Origin: a virus
Lineage: Duplodnaviria; Caudoviricetes
IMG/VR virus record: IMGVR_UViG_3300037483_000057
Location: 1 to 49,332 of that record
Strand: one strand, 5' to 3'
DNA length: 49,332 bases
Shown here: piece after piece, positions 18,976 through 27,509 of the stretch
How the letters are laid out: each line of letters begins with the position of its first letter
Numbering within the stretch: the stretch's first letter is position 1
Notes under the pieces: model-generated
What the model was told of the DNA's origin: nothing
What the model saw: the letters and a program-made list of their open reading frames with translations, nothing else
The model's database searches: none
Translations under genes and position numbers: made by a program

Positions 18976-19204
18976 GATCTGTAAAACAGTCCTCTTCTTC
19001 CCCACCATTTAAAATAGTGACAACTCCTTCTTTAGCATCATATTCTATGGTGTCCATACCCCAATCAAAATAATAAGTTGTTTTCCCAATGATAAAATCA
19101 CTACTAGATACGTTTCCACAATTCTCCATAACTTTATTTATGAATTCCTTCTCGGTCATAGATATTCCATACCGTTCTTTCTTAGTACGCGTGAGTATTT
19201 TCAT
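18968..19204 (-). CDS. Hypothetical protein
   Basis: Coupled ORF in the minus operon. Confidence 0.5.
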   Translation of the reverse strand: MKILTRTKKERYGISMTEKEFINKVMENCGNVSSSDFIIGKTTYYFDWGMDTIEYDAKEGVVTILNGGEEEDCFTDHE

Positions 19205-19422
19205 ACATCGCTCTCCGGCTTAATAATTACAGTATCCATTGGACTTGGGCTTGTAAAAGTCCCATGCACAATTATAGTTAGTGCGTTCTTATACTCAAGT
19301 TTCTTGTATAATTCACCAACCAGATATAGGAAGGCAGTGACATTCAGTTCATCAACATGTTTGTTAGCTTTTAGAATAGCAACGTTATCAAAAAAGGGGG
19401 TGGTTGTTTTAACTTTACACAT
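19201..19422 (-). CDS. Hypothetical protein
   Basis: SD ggag; ATGA overlap with the downstream gene. Confidence 0.5.
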   Translation of the reverse strand: MCKVKTTTPFFDNVAILKANKHVDELNVTAFLYLVGELYKKLEYKNALTIIVHGTFTSPSPMDTVIIKPESDV

Positions 19423-19436
19423 AAGAGACTCCAGTG

Positions 19437-19817
19437 TTAATGATAGGTATCAAGAATAGTTTGGTCTTTAGCAGCTTTCTCAGCAGCTTTCTCTGCTTCT
19501 TTAGAGGTCTTGTCTTTAACCTTATCCTCTTTCTCCTTACGCCTGCCTTTTACTAGCTTATCAAAATCATTCTGCCATTTACCTTCATAGAGCCAGCCTT
19601 GATATCCTGTATACACCAAAACAGCATCCCTATCCGGATAGGATGGGAAAATACTGTTATCAAATACAGCATATTCCAGTAGCCCATTCCTTAGAGGCAG
19701 GACATAGATTCTAAAGTTTGCTTCCCTTCCATCGTAAGAGGGGAACATGTACAACCTATCAACAACCTCCTGTTTAGGGAATAGATAAAGAAATTCTTTA
19801 ATATCTTGCTTAGCCAT
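19437..19817 (-). CDS. Hypothetical protein with Lys/Glu-rich tail
   Basis: SD aggag; 126 aa. Confidence 0.55.
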   Translation of the reverse strand: MAKQDIKEFLYLFPKQEVVDRLYMFPSYDGREANFRIYVLPLRNGLLEYAVFDNSIFPSYPDRDAVLVYTGYQGWLYEGKWQNDFDKLVKGRRKEKEDKVKDKTSKEAEKAAEKAAKDQTILDTYH

Positions 19818-19819
19818 TG

Positions 19820-20029
19820 TTAATGTCTCCTTTCAACATTTGGGATACCCTTATACTTTTCATACAGGAATATAAATCCTCCTAAGAGTGCCTTGAATGA
19901 TATTGGATCACTTACTATTTCATCTACTTCAGAAGTTATTTGAGGATACATAGTATAACATGCTGCTGCCACATCATACAAGAGCTTTTCCCTCCCTTCA
20001 TTCTCTAAGATTTCTTCTTCAGGGACCAT
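19820..20029 (-). CDS. Hypothetical protein
   Basis: Tightly packed ORF in the operon. Confidence 0.5.
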   Translation of the reverse strand: MVPEEEILENEGREKLLYDVAAACYTMYPQITSEVDEIVSDPISFKALLGGFIFLYEKYKGIPNVERRH

Positions 20030-20144
20030 TACTTTTTCATTTTCTTATATATTGACTTTATTAAATCATATACATCGGGTATCTCGGCAGGAGGTAAATT
20101 AGTTTCTCTAATCATCCTTCTTATTCTCTTGCATAGTTTAGCGT

Positions 20145-20615
20145 TCATATTAAGTCCTGAAATTTAACTGGTTTCATGTCTGTATGATCCACACATACAT
20201 TAATATATCTTGGATCATCAATTTTATTATTATGGCAATGTCCATGAATATTAATTCTACCTCTTAGCACATCGGGGTGAATGGGTGCGTGGGATAGCCA
20301 AGCCTTTTTATAGGATACTAAAGAAGCAATCTTGGTAAAATAATCAAAGAAGATTTTAAATGTGACCTTCATATCAGTATCATGGTTTCCTAGAATTAGT
20401 CTCTTCTCTCCTGGCAATCCAGAAAGTTTATCCAGAGCTTCATTTGTAAAAGCCACATCACCCAGAAACCATACTAGGTCTCTCTTATGGATGAGAGACT
20501 TATAGTTTTCAATGAGTAAAGAATCATTCTCCTCAGAGGAGGAAATCCGAGGTCTAAACTTAGAAATATTGGCATGACCTAAATGCCAATCTGATGTAAT
20601 CCATACTATGCTCAT
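20145..20615 (-). CDS. Calcineurin-like metallophosphoesterase
   Basis: SDWHLGH, LGDV, LGNHD, SHAP, HGHCH. Confidence 0.9.
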   Translation of the reverse strand: MSIVWITSDWHLGHANISKFRPRISSSEENDSLLIENYKSLIHKRDLVWFLGDVAFTNEALDKLSGLPGEKRLILGNHDTDMKVTFKIFFDYFTKIASLVSYKKAWLSHAPIHPDVLRGRINIHGHCHNNKIDDPRYINVCVDHTDMKPVKFQDLI

Positions 20616-20617
20616 TC

Positions 20618-20902
20618 TTACTTAATCTCCCTTGTTGTCTCTCCGGCGCGTGCATCAATATATTTTACTCTATCGTGTAATGGGACTTTGGAAACCTCAA
20701 CTACTCCCGGAAAGACCCGTCTTCCCATTAATTGTCGAATTTTCCCTTGATATGTAACTGAATCTTTACAGTGAAGAAGACACCATCTCCATTCCTTACT
20801 TGTCATACGTTGAATATAAGTTTCACTTTCCCAAAGTCTCGTATCAAGTTGCGCTTCAAATTCTTTTACCATTTGTTTCTTCCTCTTAGTTGGCCAAAAC
20901 AT
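20618..20902 (-). CDS. Hypothetical protein
   Basis: SD ggag; packed between phosphoesterase genes. Confidence 0.5.
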   Translation of the reverse strand: MFWPTKRKKQMVKEFEAQLDTRLWESETYIQRMTSKEWRWCLLHCKDSVTYQGKIRQLMGRRVFPGVVEVSKVPLHDRVKYIDARAGETTREIK

Positions 20903-20905
20903 AAT

Positions 20906-21637
20906 CTATATCTCCACCATCCTGCAAGGATCAAATGGATAACCATAAGCTAATTCATGGTTAATGTATCCCCTTTGATTACTAACAATGTTAATATCAT
21001 TGTCTATGTAATCTACATTATCATGAGTATGACCATGTATCCATACGGTTATATCCTTGGGATTAAACTCATTAATGATATCACTACAGTACCCAGTAGT
21101 TATCGAACTAGGTGCTCCGTAACGAGAAACATTATGACTCTTAAGAGAAGGAGCATGGTGAGTTATTACTACGTTCTTCTTTCTAGGATCAATTGAGTCA
21201 TGTAAAAATACCCTGGCTTCCTCATGTAGGAGTCTGGCATCCAGGGGTGAGAATCTACTATATAGACCCTTCTTTACTAGTGAAAAATCATTCATTTTAT
21301 ATCGTAATGAGTCATCTGCCTCGCTCCATAGGGTAGTTCCAATGAAGTTTACACCATCCCACACGTATCTGTCATTGTTTAGAAATGTCACATTAGGAAT
21401 CTCTTCGAATAGGGTGGCTACCTCTAAGTGCAAGTCTGTTATTGAGTTGTGATAAAACTCATGATTACCCAGTATGTAGAAAGTATGATCGAATACCTTT
21501 GCACATTCCTTTATCCAAGGAACCCCATTAGAACCAACATGAATATCCCCCGCTAATACTAACACATCGCCAACTTTAGGGGGAATGTCCATATAACCAA
21601 ACTCAAGGTGAAGATCACTCATGTATTGTATTTTCAT
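20906..21637 (-). CDS. Calcineurin-like metallophosphoesterase
   Basis: SDLHLE, AGDI, GNHEFY, GTTLW, THHAP, HGHTH, SNQRGY. Confidence 0.9.
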   Translation of the reverse strand: MKIQYMSDLHLEFGYMDIPPKVGDVLVLAGDIHVGSNGVPWIKECAKVFDHTFYILGNHEFYHNSITDLHLEVATLFEEIPNVTFLNNDRYVWDGVNFIGTTLWSEADDSLRYKMNDFSLVKKGLYSRFSPLDARLLHEEARVFLHDSIDPRKKNVVITHHAPSLKSHNVSRYGAPSSITTGYCSDIINEFNPKDITVWIHGHTHDNVDYIDNDINIVSNQRGYINHELAYGYPFDPCRMVEI

Positions 21638-22458
21638 TTCAAGTTACCCCATTGTTTAATCTGTTCCTGAGTACCATATCGTCTACACAGATAACCTAGA
21701 GATACAGCCATTATATCATACTCCCCTCGCACTACCTCGTGTTTGTAAATTATACCCCTCCAGTAATGTGTGCCCTGGGGGGTAAGATATTCGTCATCAT
21801 GCAGGTAGCAACTTCCACAGATTAGTCCATACTTCCTGTGTGACCCAGTTTGATAGATGCTGAAGTCTAGCCCTTGGAGATGACCGCTAGTGCAGCTTTG
21901 CATCTCTCGAATAACCTGAGCACGCGCAGAAGGAGCCCCATGCTTATTTTGCATAATCCTTCCATTAGGATTACGAGGAAAGAAGTGAGAATACAGTATT
22001 CCATCATGCTCAACTGTTTCCAAATAGGGTATCACTTCCCATCCCCACTCTTCATACCCAAGATCATTTATTGATATGGTACCCTCCAGGATAGCTTCTT
22101 CCTGTATTGCTCTATTAATTCTATTCTCATGATTACCAAGAGTCAATGCCATCCTTGGCTTGTACACTTTGATCTTATTCTTACGCTGTTGGGATTGCAG
22201 AGAGTTAAGGGGATTGAGAAGCCTAGCCATACCCTCATGAACTGCTTGAATATCCTTCTTGTACCTTCTTCCTTCAAAATCCTTCCTACCCTTATCGTAA
22301 CTACTTAGGGATGGCATATCTGCAAAATCCCCGGCGCATATAATTACATCCGGCTTCTTGTCAACAATGTATTGTCCAATCCAGTCTAAGTGATCCAGAG
22401 GCACTCCTTCTTTGACTTGGCAATCTGGAATAAAAAGGTGGGCTTTAAGAGTTGTCAT
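21634..22458 (-). CDS. Phage metallophosphoesterase
   Basis: IPDCQ, GDFADM, LGNHENR, SHFF, SGHLQ, GSCYLH. Confidence 0.85.
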   Translation of the reverse strand: MTTLKAHLFIPDCQVKEGVPLDHLDWIGQYIVDKKPDVIICAGDFADMPSLSSYDKGRKDFEGRRYKKDIQAVHEGMARLLNPLNSLQSQQRKNKIKVYKPRMALTLGNHENRINRAIQEEAILEGTISINDLGYEEWGWEVIPYLETVEHDGILYSHFFPRNPNGRIMQNKHGAPSARAQVIREMQSCTSGHLQGLDFSIYQTGSHRKYGLICGSCYLHDDEYLTPQGTHYWRGIIYKHEVVRGEYDIMAVSLGYLCRRYGTQEQIKQWGNLK

Positions 22459-22696
22459 ATTTGGCCAGTATCTCTTCTATATTCTCCTGGAAGGAGTCTT
22501 CCCCCGTATCTCCTGAGTATAACCATTCCACTTCCTTCATTAACTCACCCGCAATCTCTACCCCATCTAGTATGTCCTCTAAGAGAGAGGAAGTCTCTTC
22601 GCTAAAAGCATACTCCTTGTTGTTTATCTTATCCGTTAGTAATTCACAGAAGTACTCTACCCGCCCATAGGCATAACCGAATTCACCGCCACTCAT
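22445..22696 (-). CDS. Hypothetical acidic protein (MSGG...EWxxSGD phage family)
   Basis: Coupled ORF with SD ggagg. Confidence 0.6.
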   Translation of the reverse strand: MSGGEFGYAYGRVEYFCELLTDKINNKEYAFSEETSSLLEDILDGVEIAGELMKEVEWLYSGDTGEDSFQENIEEILAKYDNS

Positions 22697-23040
22697 GATT
22701 TACCTCCTTTCGGTAGAAAATTAACGGAATAGTATCTGAAACCTTTTAGTGTTGCCCACTCACCCATTGTCAGTTTAGAATTCTTTCTAACCTTTTTATT
22801 AGGGTTAGAGAATACAAAAATTAATTCCTCTCCCTTTGGTAGACACTTCCTAACTGCAAGATATTTAGCCTGTTCTCCCGGTTTAAATCTCCCTTTGACT
22901 TCAATATGCATTAATCCTTTGCTAAAATCTGGAAGATAGGTCCTCTCTTGAATGTAAGGTATTCTCCATTGTTCATACTTCCAGTGTGAGCCAAGTATTT
23001 TGGATACAGTTTGCTCAAGGTTGCTCCTAAAATTGCTCAT
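22693..23040 (-). CDS. Endonuclease I / Holliday-junction resolvase (T7 gp3-like)
   Basis: FRSNLE, YE..IPY, YLPDF, IEVKGRF, FVFSNP. Start reassigned to ATG 23040. Confidence 0.85.
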   Translation of the reverse strand: MSNFRSNLEQTVSKILGSHWKYEQWRIPYIQERTYLPDFSKGLMHIEVKGRFKPGEQAKYLAVRKCLPKGEELIFVFSNPNKKVRKNSKLTMGEWATLKGFRYYSVNFLPKGGKS

Positions 23041-23329
23041 AATTTTCCCAACGTAATTCCAGTCTTTCACAAGTCTTTTTAGCAAGAAGCCTCTTACGTA
23101 TGGCGCAACCATTCTCCTTATCCCCAACATGAAAATCAACGAAAATCATGTGCCAGTTATTATTTTTCATTGTTTGCCATGCAATGAAGGATACTGCAAC
23201 AATCCAAAACCATATAAGTTTAAGTTTATTCAAGAATTCCTCTCAGTAATGCATAAGCGTAGTAGATAGCCAAAAACCATGAAACTATAATTACTACTCC
23301 TAAGTATAATTTAATCCTTTTCATGGGGA

Positions 23330-23785
23330 TCAAGTTCTAGTTGTCCACTCAGTATCGTGGATACTAATTTCTTTAACTGCCCTCTTATCAGTTTCAAATT
23401 CTTTCTGCAAAGGATCTGTTGTTCTTCCTCCGTCAACACTATCTGATTCTTCAACACTATCCTCTTCCCATTTTTCACTATTATCTTTGGTTTTGGCATC
23501 TAGTTCACTCTCCTTAAGGATAAGCCAACGAGCAGTAAGTTCATCTACAGCTTCTTCTCCTACTTTTCGTAATGTTTGGAAGAATTGCACTGCTTCGTAG
23601 AATGAATCATGATTGGACGAACTACTAATGTAATCTTCGTATCTGTATTGCTGCCTGCCTCCCATTACAAAAGAAATCTCTAACGCCGGAACATCTTCCC
23701 ATGGTAGCGCGGGAGAAGTAATCTCTACTGAAATAGCATCCGTACCTCTGCTACTAAGGAACTTCCTAAATATATAATCAGACAT
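23330..23785 (-). CDS. Hypothetical protein
   Basis: SD ggag; 151 aa with acidic C-terminus. Confidence 0.55.
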   Translation of the reverse strand: MSDYIFRKFLSSRGTDAISVEITSPALPWEDVPALEISFVMGGRQQYRYEDYISSSSNHDSFYEAVQFFQTLRKVGEEAVDELTARWLILKESELDAKTKDNSEKWEEDSVEESDSVDGGRTTDPLQKEFETDKRAVKEISIHDTEWTTRT

Positions 23786-23787
23786 AA

Positions 23788-24084
23788 TTATTCTCCATAT
23801 TTCCTACTAAGGTCAAATTCATAGTGTCCCCCTCTCGTTGAGGAATACCAGTACAACATCCAGAATTGCCAGTTCTCTTTCATAGCTTCTATGATACCCT
23901 CATTACCAGACCATCCTGCCGTACTCAAACTAACGTGTTCAATAGTCCTTTCATTAAAATCAACTATTGCCCACATCTCTTCTATGAAATCAAACAATCC
24001 TTGTGGGTCATTGTAAGGCCATTTCTCTATTAAAGATATAGCTTCTTCAGTAGGATAACCATCATCATCAAGATAGTCACTCAT
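23788..24084 (-). CDS. Hypothetical protein (DGYPTEE...STxGWSGNE phage family)
   Basis: ATGA overlap with the exonuclease stop; SD ggagg. Confidence 0.6.
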   Translation of the reverse strand: MSDYLDDDGYPTEEAISLIEKWPYNDPQGLFDFIEEMWAIVDFNERTIEHVSLSTAGWSGNEGIIEAMKENWQFWMLYWYSSTRGGHYEFDLSRKYGE

Positions 24085-24863
24085 ACAGGTGCCTCCCATT
24101 TCTGTTTTGGCTCTCTTAAAATAAAGAGAAGTCTAGCGTTCTCAATCAATGATTCATAAGGTCTATCGTGTGTTCTACAGTATTCGTTTAAACAAGTCCA
24201 GTACATCTCTTCTTCATCTCCGTTACCCTTTAACAACTTTCTAGCCCTTTGTTTTCCTATCCCTGGAACTCCTCTTATGTTATCCGTAGAATCTCCCATT
24301 AGAAGTTGAATATAAAAATTCCTAAGAGCAGAATAAGTATCAATATCATATATTGTATCCTTCTTAAAATTGTAGTGCAATCCTTCTATTTGATCCAGGT
24401 CTTTGTCTACGGTACATATAATTGTCCTATTAGCCACAGAATATATACCCATAGCGTCATCCGCTTCCATGCCCTGCACTACCTCAGCCCCCCTTATATC
24501 TATCAAATATTGCCGTATCTCATTATACCAGTGTGGTTTTCTAGCTGGTCTGTTACCTTTGTATGGTTTTATTGTTGCTATCTTCTCTCTGAAGTTATTC
24601 TCCCCTGACAGAAAGATTCTCATTTCTGTACATGAGGTTCTGTTTTGTATCTGTTGCAGACAGTTCTTAACTAAGTGCAAACAATGGTCCAAAGGTTCGT
24701 ATTCTACCTCTCTCTTAATTAAGGAGACATCACTGCAATGTAGCTTAGCCTTACCCAGCGTGGAAAAATGCTCTCCGTCTGGGGTTATATGTGTGGTCTT
24801 CTCCACTGCAAAACCACACGTATAAGTTATAACATCAGCATCAACTAGGGCAGTGAGCGGCAT
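24081..24863 (-). CDS. 5'-3' exonuclease (T7 gp6 / FEN-like)
   Basis: VDAD, NFR, YKGNR, EADD, DKDLDQI, MGDSTDNIRGVPGIG. Start reassigned to ATG 24863. Confidence 0.9.
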   Translation of the reverse strand: MPLTALVDADVITYTCGFAVEKTTHITPDGEHFSTLGKAKLHCSDVSLIKREVEYEPLDHCLHLVKNCLQQIQNRTSCTEMRIFLSGENNFREKIATIKPYKGNRPARKPHWYNEIRQYLIDIRGAEVVQGMEADDAMGIYSVANRTIICTVDKDLDQIEGLHYNFKKDTIYDIDTYSALRNFYIQLLMGDSTDNIRGVPGIGKQRARKLLKGNGDEEEMYWTCLNEYCRTHDRPYESLIENARLLFILREPKQKWEAPV

Positions 24864-24999
24864 TGCTTCTCCCCTTGTCAAGTAGCGGTTCCCTGTGTTT
24901 ATTACTGTACAAACGGTTCCCACGGCACCACGGGCAACTACCGTGATTCTTGCATGAAGAGTCAACCTTCTTTGATTTATTAGTCTTTCTGGTCTTCAT
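24841..24999 (-). CDS. Small basic Cys-containing protein, 52 aa (MKTRKTNKSKKVDSSCKNHGSCPWCRGNRLYS...); absent from the ORF track
   Basis: Translated by hand; ATGA overlap with the upstream stop; C-x-NHG-x-CPWC motif. Confidence 0.6.
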   Translation of the reverse strand: MKTRKTNKSKKVDSSCKNHGSCPWCRGNRLYSNKHREPLLDKGRSNAAHCPS

Positions 25000-25478
25000 T
25001 CCCCATTTCTAACCATGCGGTATGCTTCAGCAGCATCAGAATCACCCGTGGTATATGCCTCGAACTCTCTAGCTATCAGGATAACTTCTTCAGGAGGAGC
25101 TAGTGGCAATACATCGTGTTGTGCAGCGTAATGGACATAGTTTACAGCATTAGTTAGAGCATTCTGCCTGTTAATAGCCCTCTCAGGAGCCAAGGGATCA
25201 ATAGGGAATGTCTTGGGTACTTGTTGCCTTGAAACTACCTTGGAGGCACTCTCCAAACCCTCTACCTTAACCACATCCATCTTATCAATGTCATTGTATC
25301 CTTTAGCATTAACGCTATAGGTGACTTCAACTAAATCTCCTTTGTGTACATCCCACTTCTTAAAACCACCACTGTATTTAACCCCCCCGATAACAAACTG
25401 AGTTGCTTCCTTCTTTCCGAATTTAGTTACTACCTCATTAATATAGATATTATCTATTGCACCGCGTATAACTGGCAT
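24996..25478 (-). CDS. Putative single-stranded DNA-binding protein
   Basis: SD aggag before ATG 25478; OB-fold-like N-half and RQNALTNAV motif; lies between polymerase and exonuclease. Function is inferred. Confidence 0.45.
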   Translation of the reverse strand: MPVIRGAIDNIYINEVVTKFGKKEATQFVIGGVKYSGGFKKWDVHKGDLVEVTYSVNAKGYNDIDKMDVVKVEGLESASKVVSRQQVPKTFPIDPLAPERAINRQNALTNAVNYVHYAAQHDVLPLAPPEEVILIAREFEAYTTGDSDAAEAYRMVRNGE

Positions 25479-25610
25479 ATTTAATCTCCTAATTGCATGA
25501 AAGGCATGTAATCCGCAGCTTATCCACGGATCAGGTGTAATTTGCATTTCAATACCCCACCAACCAATTGTAGCCACATATCATTTCATCCTCTTAATAC
25601 TCTGCATTTA

Positions 25611-25808
25611 TCAATCACATTGGGGAACTAGTCTTCCCCAACATCTTTGATACTCGGCTTCAAGGATCTCATCATCATATTGCGCTTCGTAGCTTTCACC
25701 CATGTTAACCATCCAGTTACCAGGGCCAAAACGGATGTAATGTGGGTATTCTCCTTCATCAGTATCGACGAAATGAGCACGTCTCTCCCGTATTTCAAGT
25801 ATTTTCAT
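25611..25808 (-). CDS. Hypothetical protein
   Basis: Likely start MKILEIR with SD ggag. Confidence 0.45.
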   Translation of the reverse strand: MKILEIRERRAHFVDTDEGEYPHYIRFGPGNWMVNMGESYEAQYDDEILEAEYQRCWGRLVPQCD

Positions 25809-26062
25809 GGTCATCTCCGGCGGATTCCTCATCAAACAGGTAGTGATATAAGATTGCCACGACGATGGAAAAGGCTGCAACCCCACCGATTACTGGGACG
25901 ATCACCATGGAAACCTTCACCAACAAGCACTCTTCCATTAAAGTGTCATCCAGTCTGTCTTGCATCCTTTCTTTAGGCAGCGTCGGAGAATCCAACCAGC
26001 CCACTGACCAGTTATGTAAGTAGCAAGTTTTATGTAGTGGCTACTGCCACAGCGAGGGCATT

Positions 26063-26497
26063 TCATAGTTGAGTACCTTCGTATTTGGCCCCATAGACGG
26101 CTCCCTGTACCACAGCAGCGCCAAGAGCGGGTGCAGGCACAACATCAACCACGGCAACAGCCTCAATCTTATAGCTGTATGAGATTTTGTGTCTGACAAT
26201 ACGCGTCTCAACGCAGTACTTTGATTCATTTCTGGCATCCGCATGTAGCCACCAACGCAAAGCCTGTGCGGCTTCGAGACTCAATAGTCCCAGCATTTTT
26301 ACATGCCGTTGATAGTCCACGCACTGGGGCACGCCGGTATCACTTCGAGGGAAGTTCACTCGCTGCCACCGGTTATCAAGTAGTAGTCTACCGATAGTTT
26401 CCGGGAGAGGGTAGTTATTCCGAGCCTCAACGGTATACCCTGTCTCGGTTCCCTCAGCGGTCTCGCCCTTGCGTTCGTATTCAGGTTCAAGTTCCAT
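26063..26497 (-). CDS. Hypothetical protein
   Basis: SD gaggagg; 144 aa; more GC-rich codons. Confidence 0.6.
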   Translation of the reverse strand: MELEPEYERKGETAEGTETGYTVEARNNYPLPETIGRLLLDNRWQRVNFPRSDTGVPQCVDYQRHVKMLGLLSLEAAQALRWWLHADARNESKYCVETRIVRHKISYSYKIEAVAVVDVVPAPALGAAVVQGAVYGAKYEGTQL

Positions 26498-26520
26498 GTG
26501 ATTCCTCCTCGCTTCTCATC

Positions 26521-26739
26521 TTATTTAGTGAGGTGCTTAACTGCCCACATTACAGATTCTTCAACCTTAGTCTTTGCCAGACTAAGTTCCCGTGATGCTC
26601 CGGCAGCCTCAATCAACTCATGAAGCTCCAGACCCTTGTCTTTTATTTCCTGCATTTGTATCTTTTCCACAGCGGATAATATCCGATATTCATGACGCAT
26701 TACATTATTTGTAATTCTTTCATCCGATGTGCTTTTCAT
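26521..26739 (-). CDS. Acb2/Tad1-like helical-hairpin protein (putative immune-signal sponge)
   Basis: 72 aa with SD aggag. YRILSAVEKIQMQEIKDKG...SRELSLAKTKVEESVMWAVK parallels Acb2 (YRxLSxxE..MN.VK..G; R.L.I.KT) and the Tad1-type TKxEEAxMW helix. Recognised from memory, not searched. Confidence 0.6.
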   Translation of the reverse strand: MKSTSDERITNNVMRHEYRILSAVEKIQMQEIKDKGLELHELIEAAGASRELSLAKTKVEESVMWAVKHLTK

Positions 26740-26933
26740 AAAATTCTCCTGTAATCTCCAAAAAGGGCGGCGATCCGGCTGGCTGGCCCGACCGAACTCC
26801 ATACGGGCTGTATATATGATCTACCGCACATTGCCGATACGTCTATCGGTGTCGGAAAGTTCCTTGATAGCAGCCAGCCTTCACTCCATTGGTGCCGGTC
26901 TTTCCCGGCTGTCATCGCCCCACTGTTCTAAAG

Positions 26934-27161
26934 TTAGAGCCAAGTCATCGCTGTGATGATCGTTTCTCCAAGCGTTGTGAGGCGAGCACGGCCTGCTCCA
27001 GTGTCGCCAACATATTCAATATCAAGTAATTCTTCGGGGGTACCCCTCTTTATAAGAGGCATTAGTGTTTTGCTGACAGTTGCCCATCCTTCTGAGTCTG
27101 CATCTCTTTTCACCAGTCGTAAGATATGTTTTTGTCCTGCATCTAGTTTAAGTGAGTTCAT
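26934..27161 (-). CDS. Hypothetical protein (possible winged-helix)
   Basis: 75 aa ending ...RARLTTLGETII. Confidence 0.5.
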   Translation of the reverse strand: MNSLKLDAGQKHILRLVKRDADSEGWATVSKTLMPLIKRGTPEELLDIEYVGDTGAGRARLTTLGETIITAMTWL

Positions 27162-27201
27162 CGTTCTCTCTCAGAGATTTTAGGAATTCATTTCCTTAAC
27201 T

Positions 27202-27459
27202 CTAATCTTCGATCTTACCAGCGCGTATTTCATCCGCTGTTAGTGCTGGCATACACTTTTTCACCGCATGGTAGACACTGACTTTTTCTGACTCAGCCAG
27301 CTTCGCAAACCGCCCCCGCTCATCCTGCCTGGCCCATTCGACGGCGGCTTGCCATCATACCCATGCCACATGAAGATATTCTTTTGCAAAGTGCCTCCTC
27401 AATTTTGACCATTTCTCTATCCCGAATGATCTCTCGAATGCCTCTCTCGACTCATCCAT
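27202..27459 (-). pseudogene. 85-codon ORF interrupted by one in-frame TGA (27355-27357)
   Basis: SD ggagg; MDESREAFE...VAWV*WQAAVEWARQDER...KIED; the frame stays open for 50 codons after the TGA. Confidence 0.55.
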
Positions 27460-27509
27460 TCACGCCTCCATTATCCGACCCCCACACCATAACTAACAAT
27501 AATAGTATA

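Noticed and set aside
19465-19500. AEKAAEKAAK short repeat
   Set aside because: Ordinary low-complexity charged helix.
23311-23499. Basic 62-aa alternative-frame ORF overlapping the 3' end of 23330-23785
   Set aside because: It has a plausible SD and could be a real overlapping gene, but I could not decide between the frames from sequence alone, so it was not called.
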